NCBI GenBank assembly: GCA_024400545.1
Contig: JAKSMO010000003.1
Coordinates: 1,170-65,169 of the forward strand
Length of the DNA stretch: 64,000 bases
DNA from: Bacteroidales bacterium
Lineage (GTDB): Bacteria; Bacteroidota; Bacteroidia; Bacteroidales; P3
Direction: 5' to 3'
Under the pieces are notes generated by a model. It worked only from the letters and a program-made list of their open reading frames with translations, was not told the DNA's origin and searched no databases. This document shows, piece by piece, positions 45,201 to 55,024 of the stretch. The position numbers and the translations under genes were made by a program. Within the stretch, counting starts at the first letter, position 1. Each line of letters begins with the position of its first letter.

Positions 45201-47048
45201 AGCATCGGGACCATCGAGGACCTTGAAGCAGTTCTCGAACAGAGCCTGGCAAACATCGTCGATTTCGCGAAGAAGTTCAACAGAAGACCAAGCATTTCCA
45301 GAGGGAGCCTGAGCGAAAGGAATACCAACGGTGACATAGTTAAGAGCACCAGGTTTGAGGGTGAAAGGACCAGCAGACTGCATGAAACGACGGTCGGCAG
45401 GGCTGTTGCCAGCGGTAACCTCAGACCAATCGTCAACAACGTTACCATCGGTACCCCAGAAATACTTATCGGAGTTGCCGGGGAACATGAAGTCGCAGTC
45501 GAACTCGGTGGTACCGGTGTTGAAACCATTTCCACCATATTTCATACGTTGACCGTTTTTCCAGAAACCACGGAGGTAGTTGTAGTAGTCGGTAGCTTTG
45601 GAGGGCTCACCATTAGTGCTAAGGTCATTGTTATAATAAACGAAGCGGCGCATACCGAAACGCTCATCGTCAACAATGTTGTTACCAAAGTTTACACCAT
45701 TGATAGCGCAGTTGCCAATAGCATCGCCAGGGGTGAAATACCAAGCATGTTCGTAGTAGAGGTCAGCATCGTCGGTAAGAGCGATAGTATCATAAGTACC
45801 ATCAGGCAGTTTGTAGCGTTCAAGCTGAGCGGGATAGTAGGCACGCATCTTGTTGATGTCGATCTTAGGATTGTCCTTACCATCGGGATCCATATAAGGA
45901 CCCTGGAAGAAGTCGATACCTACTGCAGGAGGAATGCCGGAATAAGAACCGGAACCGGGCATATCAACATCCTGACCATTGTAGCAATAGCCAAGACCAC
46001 GCTTAACGTCGCAACCCACGAAGTCGTCCTTAGCATTACCCAGATCGGGGTCAACCCACTGGCTGAAGTAAGTCTCGCGGAGTTCATAAGTAGAACGGTT
46101 GATAATCTCGTAGGTGTAGAAAGTCATGTTGTTGATCTCGTCGTTGGTAGAGAAAGCGAAAGCCTGAGCACGGATTTCCATACCAATGGGCTGACCTTGA
46201 GTCTCGGTGTGAACGTTACCCATATCGTTGAAGACCCACCAAATGGTCTGGTCGCCCTTCAGCACCTGGTCGGAGAGAAGACCGCCAGTAACGATACCAG
46301 CCTCGGTTTCGAGAGTGGTAGCGACGTGAGAAGTATAGTCACGACCCCACTTTGCTTTCAAAGTACGGGGGCAGAGATCATTGTTGAAATCGTAGTAAGG
46401 ATAGTCACCATCTTCCCAGTTGTAAGCGCCATCATGATTAGCATCATAATAAGGAGCGAGGTAGGGAGACTGGTTGGAGTTGATACCGGAAGCGGGCCAG
46501 TTTTTGATAGTAGAAGAGATGGCATCGGGAGCAAAGCTCTCATTGGGGGTAGCGCCATTCTCATCATAGTCGAACATGGACATAAAGGCCTGAACTTCGG
46601 TCTTGGTGATGATGAAATGCTTATCGAAAGCATTACATACGGGGAGGTCAACAGTTGCACCAGTCAGGGTAAGGGGACCGGGCCAGTAATCGTCGCCATC
46701 CTGACCGAAACGAAGAGCAGCAATACGCAGCTGGTCGTTAACGTCGGTACCACCAATCCAGAGAGCGGCACAATAGAGAGGGCAAGTATTACTGTTTTTG
46801 GGTAAGTGATACTGAGCAACGCTACCATCATACCACATATTACCATAAGCGTTAATCTGTGCTCTGACATTGTTAACATTCAGCTCAGCGGTACTCTGTG
46901 CTCTTTTGCACACGGCAGCTTTGGTCTGCAGAGCGGTCTTTTGAGAACCGTTTTTCTTGCAAACCTTGCAGTCTTCGGCAAAAGCCGTCCCCATCGTGAA
47001 GGAGAGGACGAAAAACGCCAATACTAATTTGCTAAATATTTTATTCAT
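42249..47048 (-). CDS. Large secreted protein (1599 aa) with a T9SS C-terminal sorting-domain-like tail
   Basis: It has a signal peptide. The last ~80 aa (..VVSIYTIDGTLVRRL..GGVYLIHFKV..) resemble the Por secretion tail. Confidence 0.6.
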   Translation of the reverse strand: MNKIFSKLVLAFFVLSFTMGTAFAEDCKVCKKNGSQKTALQTKAAVCKRAQSTAELNVNNVRAQINAYGNMWYDGSVAQYHLPKNSNTCPLYCAALWIGGTDVNDQLRIAALRFGQDGDDYWPGPLTLTGATVDLPVCNAFDKHFIITKTEVQAFMSMFDYDENGATPNESFAPDAISSTIKNWPASGINSNQSPYLAPYYDANHDGAYNWEDGDYPYYDFNNDLCPRTLKAKWGRDYTSHVATTLETEAGIVTGGLLSDQVLKGDQTIWWVFNDMGNVHTETQGQPIGMEIRAQAFAFSTNDEINNMTFYTYEIINRSTYELRETYFSQWVDPDLGNAKDDFVGCDVKRGLGYCYNGQDVDMPGSGSYSGIPPAVGIDFFQGPYMDPDGKDNPKIDINKMRAYYPAQLERYKLPDGTYDTIALTDDADLYYEHAWYFTPGDAIGNCAINGVNFGNNIVDDERFGMRRFVYYNNDLSTNGEPSKATDYYNYLRGFWKNGQRMKYGGNGFNTGTTEFDCDFMFPGNSDKYFWGTDGNVVDDWSEVTAGNSPADRRFMQSAGPFTLKPGALNYVTVGIPFAQAPSGNAWSSVELLREIDDVCQALFENCFKVLDGPDAPSVVVQEMNNEILLYIKYDNPSSNNYGESYNEVDPAIVRSYTDADGNSVPYTDEQRSYKFEGYQIYQLRNANVSVADIRDVTKAQLVAQCDIENYYDDEHTLPIGTLVNYSQNSATGLLTPSIMVEGANKGIQHVFRITTDAFATGTNTALVNNKEYYFICIAYAQNRYKEYSQTEAAFLDGQKEPYLAGRKDEFGKTIAPVTAIPHDPSSENGGTIINAEFGMSPNITRIEGYGNGGFVLRLTDASIEELMGAPGVEGKPAGKFKANGSGMMDNPCQILRPHYEENYGPVNVRIIDPLNVHAGKYVISFDKSDDISNAGWTISKSPEDPTYAENPYLFDTVLKVKSDFTLGRFNEQLFLDLGIAVSLSNPSAVASDLLITLQAGDNLVSHYWGGLVNANALLNSTIRYADESRAWLTGLSDNDSYMIQNWIRSGSQFAAGTHNAFTSTTGEISLNETYLDEDYFKGFLVDLQKPAEYVGIDKYQVFESCVGGTWAPYGLVSTLPFHPGFSYRYFISDDHILDSLCNVSTVFSRQYNKWKLTRDNMDNFYNKAINFNDLSKLPSVRIVFTADTTKWTRCPVIEMCDDYSQSQGNARRFQMRRHASVDKLGRTCADRGITANADDPNNPAYIGENGMGWFPGYAINTVTGERLNIMFGEDSRYVQYNGADMMWNPTSLENIMEGTQNYVMGGRHFIYVLNATDQIFYDLANNNGDVVTSFKTPSYDAGRWAAKMLGSLDRLMDFTPTSDADRLRMNHGLLTSERAVKLMAQRDSAAFLFASVAWVNMPFVNKRFAFDNPINIPCDVTVDIDVNSPYGRYLSRNGAQVKLFSDENGNAYSEQNSNYPMYMFELSEDIATRTGVASNTASTQSAKDSILSIIGVVPNPYYSYSTYETGSQLETKVRFVNVPTGTVVSIYTIDGTLVRRLGPTSGTATTLDWDLHNHNGIPIAGGVYLIHFKVPNVGERVVKWFGTMRPVDLNSFGF

Positions 47049-47075
47049 ATTAGATTATTTTTTCTCTTTTTGACA

Positions 47076-50000
47076 TTAGAAGTTGTAGGACAAAGTAACC
47101 TTGAACGTGCGAGGAGAGCTGAATCTCCAGTAGTTGTTGTTCAGGCTGATTGCATACAAATCGCGATAGGACTCGACATTGAGCTGGCTATTGATGACGG
47201 TCTGAGTTTCAGGATCGGTCAGATAACCATCGTCGGTGGGGTTACCAGTAACGGGGAATACGCTAGTGGTGTTACGAATGTCGAAAAGGTTGTTGATGGT
47301 CAAGGATACAGCGAACAGGTTGGTACGTTTGCCAACTTTGACAGGGAATTTCTTGTCGATCATCACATCAAAGAAGAAGCACCAAGGCAGACGAGCACCG
47401 TTGTAGCTACCAACGATGGTGGGCTGGTTGTGGCTGAAAGCTTTGGTATAAGGACGACCAGACTGAGCAACGGCTACGAAATTAACGCCGAAGTTCTCAA
47501 GGAGCTTGATGGTCTGTTTGCGTTCTTCACCAGTTTCTTTATCCTTAACAACGCGGTCGATGGTAGGTCCGTTGTACTTAGAACCACCTGCGAGGTTGTA
47601 ACCGAAGCTGAGTTTGAACTCGTGACGACGGTCGTCGGCAATAGGATTGAGCATCTTAAGGGTGGTGTAACCTTCCTTAATAAGCTCAGTCATGGTGGTG
47701 GAAGAAAGACCGGTACCCTCGGCATACTGAAGGGTGTAGTTAGCGTTGATGTTGATGTTCTTGGACTGACGGAGGTCGTAGCTCAAGGTGAGACCCTTAA
47801 TGGTCTTGAAGTCGAGGTTGTCGTAGGAATACAGACCCTGGTTAGGATCAGCACCTGCGTACTGAACGAGCTGGATAAGGTCGCGAGTCTCTTTATAGTA
47901 AGCTGTGATACCGATAGCACTGGTCTTGTTGAGAGCCTGCTGGAAACCGAGCTCATAGTTGGTGATGCGCTCAGGCTTCAGGTTAGGATTGCTGACGGTC
48001 TGAACCTGGGAGAGGTAGAGATAGCTGAGGTAGTTGGCCTGCCAACCGGTGGAAGGACGACGAGCGATAATGTCGTAGCTAGCCTTGAACTGAGAGTTCT
48101 CACCAACGGGGAAGGAGAATGCGATACGGGGCATAACAACCACCTGAGGAGTATAGTCAACGAATGCCTCGGTACCAACAGTATTGTTGGAAGCAGCGCG
48201 ACGACCATTCTCGGTACGATAGGGAGTGGGTTTACCAGAGATACCAGAGATGGGAGTGGGGGAGCTCAGCTCAATACCGTTAACATCATACCAAGTGGAA
48301 CCATTACGGTAACCATAGATGGTGGGGAGGTCGGCGTCGGCGGCGTCAACATAAACGGTCCAGTCGTCACCAGCACCGGCATAGATGTCGCCCTGGTAAG
48401 CAGCTTTACCTTTCTTAAGATCGCCAACAGTGTAGGATTCATAAAGCAGATAGGGATCTTTAAGAACCATCTGGTTGTTGTCGAAGATATCGACGCGAAC
48501 ACCTACATTGAAGATAAGGTCTTGGAAGTAGAACTGATCCTGAATGTAGCCAGCCATGTAGGTGGGAGTGTATTCGGGGAGATAACGATACTTAGCATTG
48601 CTGGGGCTGAAGAAGTCTTTGAGGCTCCAGTTGCCGTCGTTATATTTCTTACCGGTGTGGTCATAACCATAGTAGCTGACGATAGCGTTACCATTGTTGA
48701 AGAGCTCATCGGAGGAGAACATATCCATGCCACCAGCCTGAGCATACTGTTCGGGACGATAACGGTCGATGTCGAGATAAGTACGTTCGCCATCATAATC
48801 GCCGGACCAACCTAAGAAGTCACGCATAGACTTGTCGAAATAAGACTGCTGTTCGGGCATGAGCAGACGGTCGTAGTCAACAAAGAGGGTAGAACCTTCC
48901 CAACGATAGTGGGGGTTGGAGAGATCCATCTGGGCAATGTGCTTGTTAGCATTCTGACGCATGATGGTCCAGAGGCTGGAAGCACCAACAGAATAAGCGG
49001 AGTAAGCAGAACGGTCGTACTGGAAACCAAGTTCGATCTGATGACCCTTGATTTCGGCACTAGCTTTAGCGCTAACATAAATAAATTCGGACTGAGAGTA
49101 GGAGAAACCAGTACCCTGAACACCTACGTTGTCGAGGAGGCCGAAGATATTGTCGGGGGTGTCGCCATTGGCAAGGCCCTTGAACTGGCGGAGGTAGTCA
49201 ATGTTGGAAAGATAACCGTCAAGTTCGGGGATGCCGAGGAGCTGAAGGTTATAGTTGGCATAAACCTGGTTGCCAGAATAAGGCTCATAGGAATCCCAGT
49301 TGATCTGGTCAACCCAGTTGTTCTGAACCATTGCAGTACGGCTGATGCCGTTGTAGTCGAAAGAAGGATTGAGTTCGTAAGTACGCTGTTTGTCGATTTC
49401 GAGATAACCATTATAGCCATACTTGAAAACATCATCGATAGAACCGCCGAAGACCTCATTGTAGCTGTGAGATTTTGCGCGGTTGTACATAGCGGTGATA
49501 TTGTACATCACGTTGGTGATTGCTTTGGCTTTCTTGCTTTCGCCTTCGGTGTTGTTAGCGTCAGCTTCTTCAACATCGGGGAAGCGCTGGGTAAAGTCAA
49601 CAGTAATATCCCAGTTGGTATATTTCTGAACATTGTTCGCAGAACGAGTCATGTTGAGAGGCATACGGCTGTAGTTGGGAGCGTAGCTGTAGTCGAAGTC
49701 GCCAGTAACGGTCAAGGTAGCATAGTCGGTAAAACGAACGTCGAAAGCTAACTGACCATCGAAATTATAAGAAGAGGTGTGGGGAACGCGGCTCTTGTTG
49801 CCACCAAAATCCTTAGCAGTGAGGTTTTTGATTTCGACAAAGTCGCTGCGATAAAGACCGGTTTCAGCAGCATAGTTAACGGTGAAGTTAATAGGATCAA
49901 AACTGATGGGGTTCTGTTCCAACTGCTGAACGAGTTCATCGTTCACAACAAGATAACGACGGTCCTTGGGACGATAGTTGTTATTGTTGCGATAAGAGCC

Positions 50001-50840
50001 CTGGAGAGTGAGACGGAAACCAACAAGAGTTTGGTCGCCAGTCTTGGTACCGTTCTCGTCATAGATGTTTTTCTTGAAGACGGGGCCGGTCAGCCAGGTA
50101 GTAAGATAGTTGTAGAAACGATAGTTGAGCTGGGTTTCGTAACGAACGACACCTTTGAACTGGCTCGTTGGCGGTTTGAGGGTGATGATCTGGGTACCAC
50201 CGATAGCTTCACCGATGCTAGCAGGAGTACCACCAAGGATAACCTGAATTTCGGCGATAGCCTCTTTAGGAACGTTAACACCGGTGCGCTTAACAACGCC
50301 ACCTGTCATGGTGACCATGTTGTCCTCACCACGTGCGGAGCTAGTACCACCATCATTGTAACCGACACCACCAACAGCGGCGACGATATTTTCGACAGAG
50401 GTACCGGGCATGCGAGCGATATCATCAGCGCTCATACGCTGACCACTCTCAGCGGATCCGATATCGATGATGGGGTTCTTTGCCTCTTTAATCTCGACCA
50501 CCTCCAACTGCTTGGCAGCGGTGGTGAGCTCGATGTTACAGGGCGAGATACCGGAAGCTTTTACGGTAAAGCCTTCACGAGTGTAGGTGTTGTAACCTAC
50601 GCAGGATGCCTGAATGTCGTATTGGCCGACGGGCAGGGGCTTGAGCGTAAAATTACCATCGATGTCAGTCTGCGTACCCTTGATTTGTTTTCCGTCTTGC
50701 TTAGCAACGACGTTGGCAAAAGGCACAGGCTCTTTTGTCTTTGGATCGGTGATGGTACCTTTGATAGTACCTTGTGCGAGGACGAAATTCGCCATCAGCA
50801 ACAGACCGATTGTCATTAGTACTTTTCTAAACATACTCAT
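47076..50840 (-). CDS. TonB-dependent-receptor-like outer membrane protein with an N-terminal carboxypeptidase-regulatory-like domain
   Basis: 1254 aa. The N-terminus GTIKGTITDPKTKEPVPFANVV is followed by a plug-like region, and the protein ends with an aromatic residue (..TLSYNF). Confidence 0.7.
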   Translation of the reverse strand: MSMFRKVLMTIGLLLMANFVLAQGTIKGTITDPKTKEPVPFANVVAKQDGKQIKGTQTDIDGNFTLKPLPVGQYDIQASCVGYNTYTREGFTVKASGISPCNIELTTAAKQLEVVEIKEAKNPIIDIGSAESGQRMSADDIARMPGTSVENIVAAVGGVGYNDGGTSSARGEDNMVTMTGGVVKRTGVNVPKEAIAEIQVILGGTPASIGEAIGGTQIITLKPPTSQFKGVVRYETQLNYRFYNYLTTWLTGPVFKKNIYDENGTKTGDQTLVGFRLTLQGSYRNNNNYRPKDRRYLVVNDELVQQLEQNPISFDPINFTVNYAAETGLYRSDFVEIKNLTAKDFGGNKSRVPHTSSYNFDGQLAFDVRFTDYATLTVTGDFDYSYAPNYSRMPLNMTRSANNVQKYTNWDITVDFTQRFPDVEEADANNTEGESKKAKAITNVMYNITAMYNRAKSHSYNEVFGGSIDDVFKYGYNGYLEIDKQRTYELNPSFDYNGISRTAMVQNNWVDQINWDSYEPYSGNQVYANYNLQLLGIPELDGYLSNIDYLRQFKGLANGDTPDNIFGLLDNVGVQGTGFSYSQSEFIYVSAKASAEIKGHQIELGFQYDRSAYSAYSVGASSLWTIMRQNANKHIAQMDLSNPHYRWEGSTLFVDYDRLLMPEQQSYFDKSMRDFLGWSGDYDGERTYLDIDRYRPEQYAQAGGMDMFSSDELFNNGNAIVSYYGYDHTGKKYNDGNWSLKDFFSPSNAKYRYLPEYTPTYMAGYIQDQFYFQDLIFNVGVRVDIFDNNQMVLKDPYLLYESYTVGDLKKGKAAYQGDIYAGAGDDWTVYVDAADADLPTIYGYRNGSTWYDVNGIELSSPTPISGISGKPTPYRTENGRRAASNNTVGTEAFVDYTPQVVVMPRIAFSFPVGENSQFKASYDIIARRPSTGWQANYLSYLYLSQVQTVSNPNLKPERITNYELGFQQALNKTSAIGITAYYKETRDLIQLVQYAGADPNQGLYSYDNLDFKTIKGLTLSYDLRQSKNININANYTLQYAEGTGLSSTTMTELIKEGYTTLKMLNPIADDRRHEFKLSFGYNLAGGSKYNGPTIDRVVKDKETGEERKQTIKLLENFGVNFVAVAQSGRPYTKAFSHNQPTIVGSYNGARLPWCFFFDVMIDKKFPVKVGKRTNLFAVSLTINNLFDIRNTTSVFPVTGNPTDDGYLTDPETQTVINSQLNVESYRDLYAISLNNNYWRFSSPRTFKVTLSYNF

Positions 50841-50868
50841 TTAGGTATTATTACTATAAATAATTGAA

Positions 50869-51285
50869 TTAATTTTCGTGCGAAGGCATCTCAGAGAGAT
50901 ACTTGTTGGTAAGAATAGTTTGATAGATTACAGCCTGACGAAGGTCGAATTCAGGGATCGGGTTTTCGGCAACCTTGGAAGCCTCTTCCTCCTGCAGAGC
51001 CTCTGCAGCCGAGGCTGCGGAAGCGACATTCATTTCGGACTCCTGCTGCTCGAAGTTTTCAAAATCCAGAAATGGATCAACCTCGGGAGCTTGGCTGGCA
51101 GTCTCAAATTCCGGAACGTCAACAAACTCGTTGAAGAGCGACTCGAAAGTGCTCTTCGCAAAGCCTTGGTTGGGGCTCTCGGAACTGGAAGTGTCCTCCA
51201 GGTCGGCGCCGCTTTTTGCCGAAGCAATCTTGGCGCGGACGACGACCCAGAGCACAACTGCCATTATGAAAAAGAATGTTTTCAC
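50869..51285 (-). CDS. Hypothetical membrane-anchored acidic protein (138 aa)
   Basis: An N-terminal TM segment is followed by a D/E-rich low-complexity region. Confidence 0.45.
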   Translation of the reverse strand: MKTFFFIMAVVLWVVVRAKIASAKSGADLEDTSSSESPNQGFAKSTFESLFNEFVDVPEFETASQAPEVDPFLDFENFEQQESEMNVASAASAAEALQEEEASKVAENPIPEFDLRQAVIYQTILTNKYLSEMPSHEN

Positions 51286-51312
51286 TATCTTTCAAATTAT
51301 TCTATGTTGCGA

Positions 51313-54300
51313 CTATGCGTTCAGCTTGGTCTGCTCCTTACGAGAGATCTCGTAAACAACCGCACATGCGATGCAGACAGAGGAGAATACGCCGACGATA
51401 ACGCCGATGAGGATTGCGAATACAAAGCCACGGATAACTTCACCACCGAAGATGAACATCATAAGGAGGGTGAAGAAGGTGGTACCGCTGGTGTTGATGG
51501 TACGAGCCAAAGTGGAGTTGATTGCATCGTTCATCTGAGTCATGAGATCGCGTTTGGGATAGAGTTTACGATTTTCACGAACACGGTCGAAGATAACCAC
51601 AGTTGCGTTGATAGAATAACCAATGATGGTCAACACAGCTGCAATGAACGACTGGTCAACATCGAGGTTGAAGGGAAGGAGACCGTGAAGGAGAGCGAAG
51701 AGACCGATAACCAAGATGGTATCGTGGGCCAGAGCAACAACGCTACCAACACCGAAACGCCAGCTACGGAAACGGAGTCCAATGTAAACAAACATTACGA
51801 GCAGACCGCCAATAACTGCAAGGATAGCGTTGCGGACGAGGTCGTTGGCAATGGTAGCACCCACCTGCTCGGACTGGATAATACCGAGAGGATTGGTTTC
51901 GGCGCTACGGAAATCTTCTTCAGAAATCTGGTTAGCAAAGTACTGCTTGGTACCAGCATAGAGTTTGCTGAGGATTTCGTTGTTAACTTCCTCACCATCT
52001 TCGTTAACTTTGTACTTGGTGGTAATCTTGAGCTGAGAAGTGGGACCATAGGTCTTCACCTCAGGAGCGTCGCCAAATTCGGCATCAAGAGTGGAACGAA
52101 CATCAACAGCATTGACAGGCTGGTCGAAGCGGACAACATAAGTACGACCACCAGTGAAGTCGATACCGCGGCTCAAACCACGGGTGAAGATACCGAGGAG
52201 GCAGATAGCGATAGCCACACAAGCTACAATATAGAAGGTTTTACGTTTGCCAATGAAATCAACCTTTGCATCACGCATGAAGTTCTCGGAGAAGGGGAAG
52301 GAGAAATTGAGAGTCTTCTTGTGGTTGAGCATCCAGTCGATGCAGATGCGGGTGATGAAGATGGAGGTGAACAAAGAGGTTACAATACCAATACAGAGGG
52401 TTACTGCGAAACCCTGGACAGGACCGGAACCGAACATAATGAGCACGAGACCCAGGAGGAAGGTGGTAACCTGACCATCGATAATAGCAGAGTAAGCATT
52501 GCTGAAACCAGCTGCGACAGCATTGACCATGCTAACGCCATTGCGAAGTTCTTCCTTGATACGCTCGTAGATAATAACGTTACCGTCAACAGCCATTGCA
52601 AGGGTGAGGACGATACCTGCGATACCAGGCATGGTGAGTACTGCGCCCACGGAGGCGAGAACACCCATCAGGAGGAAGATGTTGGTGATAAGAGCGATGA
52701 CCGATACCCAACCGCCACGGTTGTAGAACACGACCATATAAATAAGTACAATAATAAATGCAAGGATGAAAGAGATGAGACCTCTGTTGATAGACTCCTG
52801 ACCGAGAGAAGGTCCGACAACTGCTTCCTGGACGATAACGGCGGGAGCAGGGAGTTTACCGGATTTAAGAATGTTGGCAAGGTCCTTAGCCTCGTCAAGG
52901 GTGAAGTCGCCAGTGATAGAGGAACGGCCACCTGCAATCTCGCCATTGACGACGGGAGCGGAATAGACGAGGTCGTCGAGCACGATAGCAACACAGTTAC
53001 CAACGTTCTCGCCAGTGATGCGCTTCCATTCACGTGCGCCTTCGTTATTCATAGTCATAGAAATCTCGTTGCCACCAGACTGGCTGAAATCCTGACGAGC
53101 ATCAGTGATAACACCGCCGTCAAGAAGAGCAGAACCATCGCGAGTGTTTACGCGGATAGCATAGAGCTGATAGATGTCGGAACCGTCCTTGATGGGTTTA
53201 GCAGCCCACAGGAACTTAACGGTACGGGCGTCGATAACTTTCTTGTCGAAAGCAGTCTGAATCATGCGGCTGATAGCATCGCGATTCTTTGCCTGAGCAT
53301 AACCCACAACGGGGCCACGAAGAAGTCCGCCCTGCTCATTAATGTTGGGCATGAGCATATCCTGGTTGAAGAGAGGATGATCTTTAGCGGCTGCAGCCAG
53401 GTTGGCCTCAGCATCGTTGGTGTTGTCGGTAGCGAGAGCGTTGAGGAGGGAGTCGCCTTCAGCAGCATTTTCCTCAGCAGCAACAGTGTCGTTTTCGGCA
53501 ACTGCGGGAGCCTCGTTCATTTCGACACCGCCGATAGAAGCGATATATTTGTCAGCCTTTTCAAGCATTTGGTAAGCCTCGGCATTGTCGTAGGTCAGCC
53601 AGAACTCGAGCTGAGCGGTACCCTGGAGGAGCTTACGTACACGCTGGGGATCCTTAACGCCGGGAAGTTCGACGAGGATACGCTCGGAAGCGCGCAACTG
53701 CTGGATAGTGGGCTGAGCAACACCAAACTTGTCGATACGCTGACGGAGAATTTCATAAGTACGGTCGTATGCGCTAGCAGCTTCTTCCTTAACAACCTTG
53801 ATAACAGCGTCATTGTCGTCATTCAGCTTGATACGGTCGCGAAGTTGGGTGTTGAAATAAGAAGCCAGCTGAACGTTGGGGTTAACCTGACGAATAGCAT
53901 CGTAGAACAGAGAAACGAAGTCACGGTTAGTGGTCTTCTTCTGGTTAGCTACAGCCATGTCGATAGCCTTGTTGAAGGTCTCGTCGTCGGTGTGGCCGGC
54001 CAAAGCGCGGACCACGTCAACGGTGCTGACCTCCAGCATAACGTTCATACCACCTTTCAGGTCGAGGCCGAGATTAATCTCACGAGCCTGGCACTGACGA
54101 TAGGTGTAACCAAGGTAAACTTTCTCGCTAGCCATGGAATCGAGATACTGAGCTTCGCGATCCACCAAAAGGGAGTCGGTCAGCGTTTGAACGTAAACAT
54201 CGTCACCATTAGCTTTTGCGCTAATCAAACTTTGTGTTGCTTGATTCTGAACATAGGCGTCTGCCGCAGCTTTTGCATTCTTCTCAATTCTGCTTGTAAC

Positions 54301-54378
54301 AAAAGTAAACGACAATTGATACAAACAGACTAGGACAAATGCCCATGTAAGAAATTTGATAAGTCCTTTATTCTGCAT
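51313..54378 (-). CDS. secDF: Protein translocase subunit SecDF (fused)
   Basis: 1021 aa with two 6-TM halves and a large periplasmic domain. The fused form is typical of Bacteroidetes. Confidence 0.9.
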   Translation of the reverse strand: MQNKGLIKFLTWAFVLVCLYQLSFTFVTSRIEKNAKAAADAYVQNQATQSLISAKANGDDVYVQTLTDSLLVDREAQYLDSMASEKVYLGYTYRQCQAREINLGLDLKGGMNVMLEVSTVDVVRALAGHTDDETFNKAIDMAVANQKKTTNRDFVSLFYDAIRQVNPNVQLASYFNTQLRDRIKLNDDNDAVIKVVKEEAASAYDRTYEILRQRIDKFGVAQPTIQQLRASERILVELPGVKDPQRVRKLLQGTAQLEFWLTYDNAEAYQMLEKADKYIASIGGVEMNEAPAVAENDTVAAEENAAEGDSLLNALATDNTNDAEANLAAAAKDHPLFNQDMLMPNINEQGGLLRGPVVGYAQAKNRDAISRMIQTAFDKKVIDARTVKFLWAAKPIKDGSDIYQLYAIRVNTRDGSALLDGGVITDARQDFSQSGGNEISMTMNNEGAREWKRITGENVGNCVAIVLDDLVYSAPVVNGEIAGGRSSITGDFTLDEAKDLANILKSGKLPAPAVIVQEAVVGPSLGQESINRGLISFILAFIIVLIYMVVFYNRGGWVSVIALITNIFLLMGVLASVGAVLTMPGIAGIVLTLAMAVDGNVIIYERIKEELRNGVSMVNAVAAGFSNAYSAIIDGQVTTFLLGLVLIMFGSGPVQGFAVTLCIGIVTSLFTSIFITRICIDWMLNHKKTLNFSFPFSENFMRDAKVDFIGKRKTFYIVACVAIAICLLGIFTRGLSRGIDFTGGRTYVVRFDQPVNAVDVRSTLDAEFGDAPEVKTYGPTSQLKITTKYKVNEDGEEVNNEILSKLYAGTKQYFANQISEEDFRSAETNPLGIIQSEQVGATIANDLVRNAILAVIGGLLVMFVYIGLRFRSWRFGVGSVVALAHDTILVIGLFALLHGLLPFNLDVDQSFIAAVLTIIGYSINATVVIFDRVRENRKLYPKRDLMTQMNDAINSTLARTINTSGTTFFTLLMMFIFGGEVIRGFVFAILIGVIVGVFSSVCIACAVVYEISRKEQTKLNA

Positions 54379-54880
54379 GTTTTATGTATTTAGTTTATTT
54401 TTATTTATTTCACTTTTTTGACATGCAAAGATAAGAAAAATTATCGACACAACAAATATTTTCCTAAAAAAAACTTGAATTATATAATAAAAGGCGCAGC
54501 AAGCCCAATTCGCAGCGTCTCCAAAGAGGTTGTTTCGGCCACATTTTTCGCCTATAAAAACGACACTCAAAAAAGGCTTTCTCGCAACCGATTTTGGAGC
54601 CAAATCAAAGGGCAAAATAGCGCCATTTTCGGACCGCCAAAGTCTCGCTTCGGCGAGCGGAGCTACAGCGGAGCTTCGACGGAGGTTCGACGGAGGTTCT
54701 GTGGAGAGATTTTGAGTGAATTTTCATTGTCATTAAGCAACCTTTTCGTTAGTCCAAAAACACGAAAAAACACTGAGGAAAACTTGGTTCTCTTCAACGA
54801 ATTTTCGCCAAATACAAACGCTCAAAGCAGCCTGCCAAACATCATTTTTTGCAAAAAATCATTTTGTCAAAAAAAAGTGC

Positions 54881-54888
54881 TATCTTTG
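54881..54888 (+). promoter_or_regulatory. -7 promoter box (TATCTTTG)
   Basis: Matches TAnnTTTG, 137 nt upstream of the radC ATG. Confidence 0.45.
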
Positions 54889-55024
54889 CCCAAGGAAAAG
54901 GACGAATCTATCAGAAAAAACATCTTACCAATCATTTGATTCCATGATATTTGTAAGATTTGGTTTTTAAAACAATTTCGTCCCCAAAATTCATCATTCA
55001 AACCCTGACAGAACCGACGAAAAT

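Noticed and set aside
42333-48815. Several 340-840-aa plus-strand ORFs (42333..44039, 44295..46805, 47070..48815, 48909..49751, 49779..50819).
   Set aside because: All lie antisense to the 1599-aa and 1254-aa minus-strand genes, which have signal peptides and recognisable termini. The plus-strand translations are repetitive V/G/T/D-rich strings.
50878-54333. An 1151-aa ORF on the plus strand, opposite secDF.
   Set aside because: Same antisense artefact. secDF on the minus strand is unambiguous.
54418-54939. A 173-aa ORF in the secDF-radC intergenic region.
   Set aside because: The translation is low-complexity, overlaps the repeated-word region and the radC promoter box, and shows no recognisable motif. 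I treat the region as non-coding.
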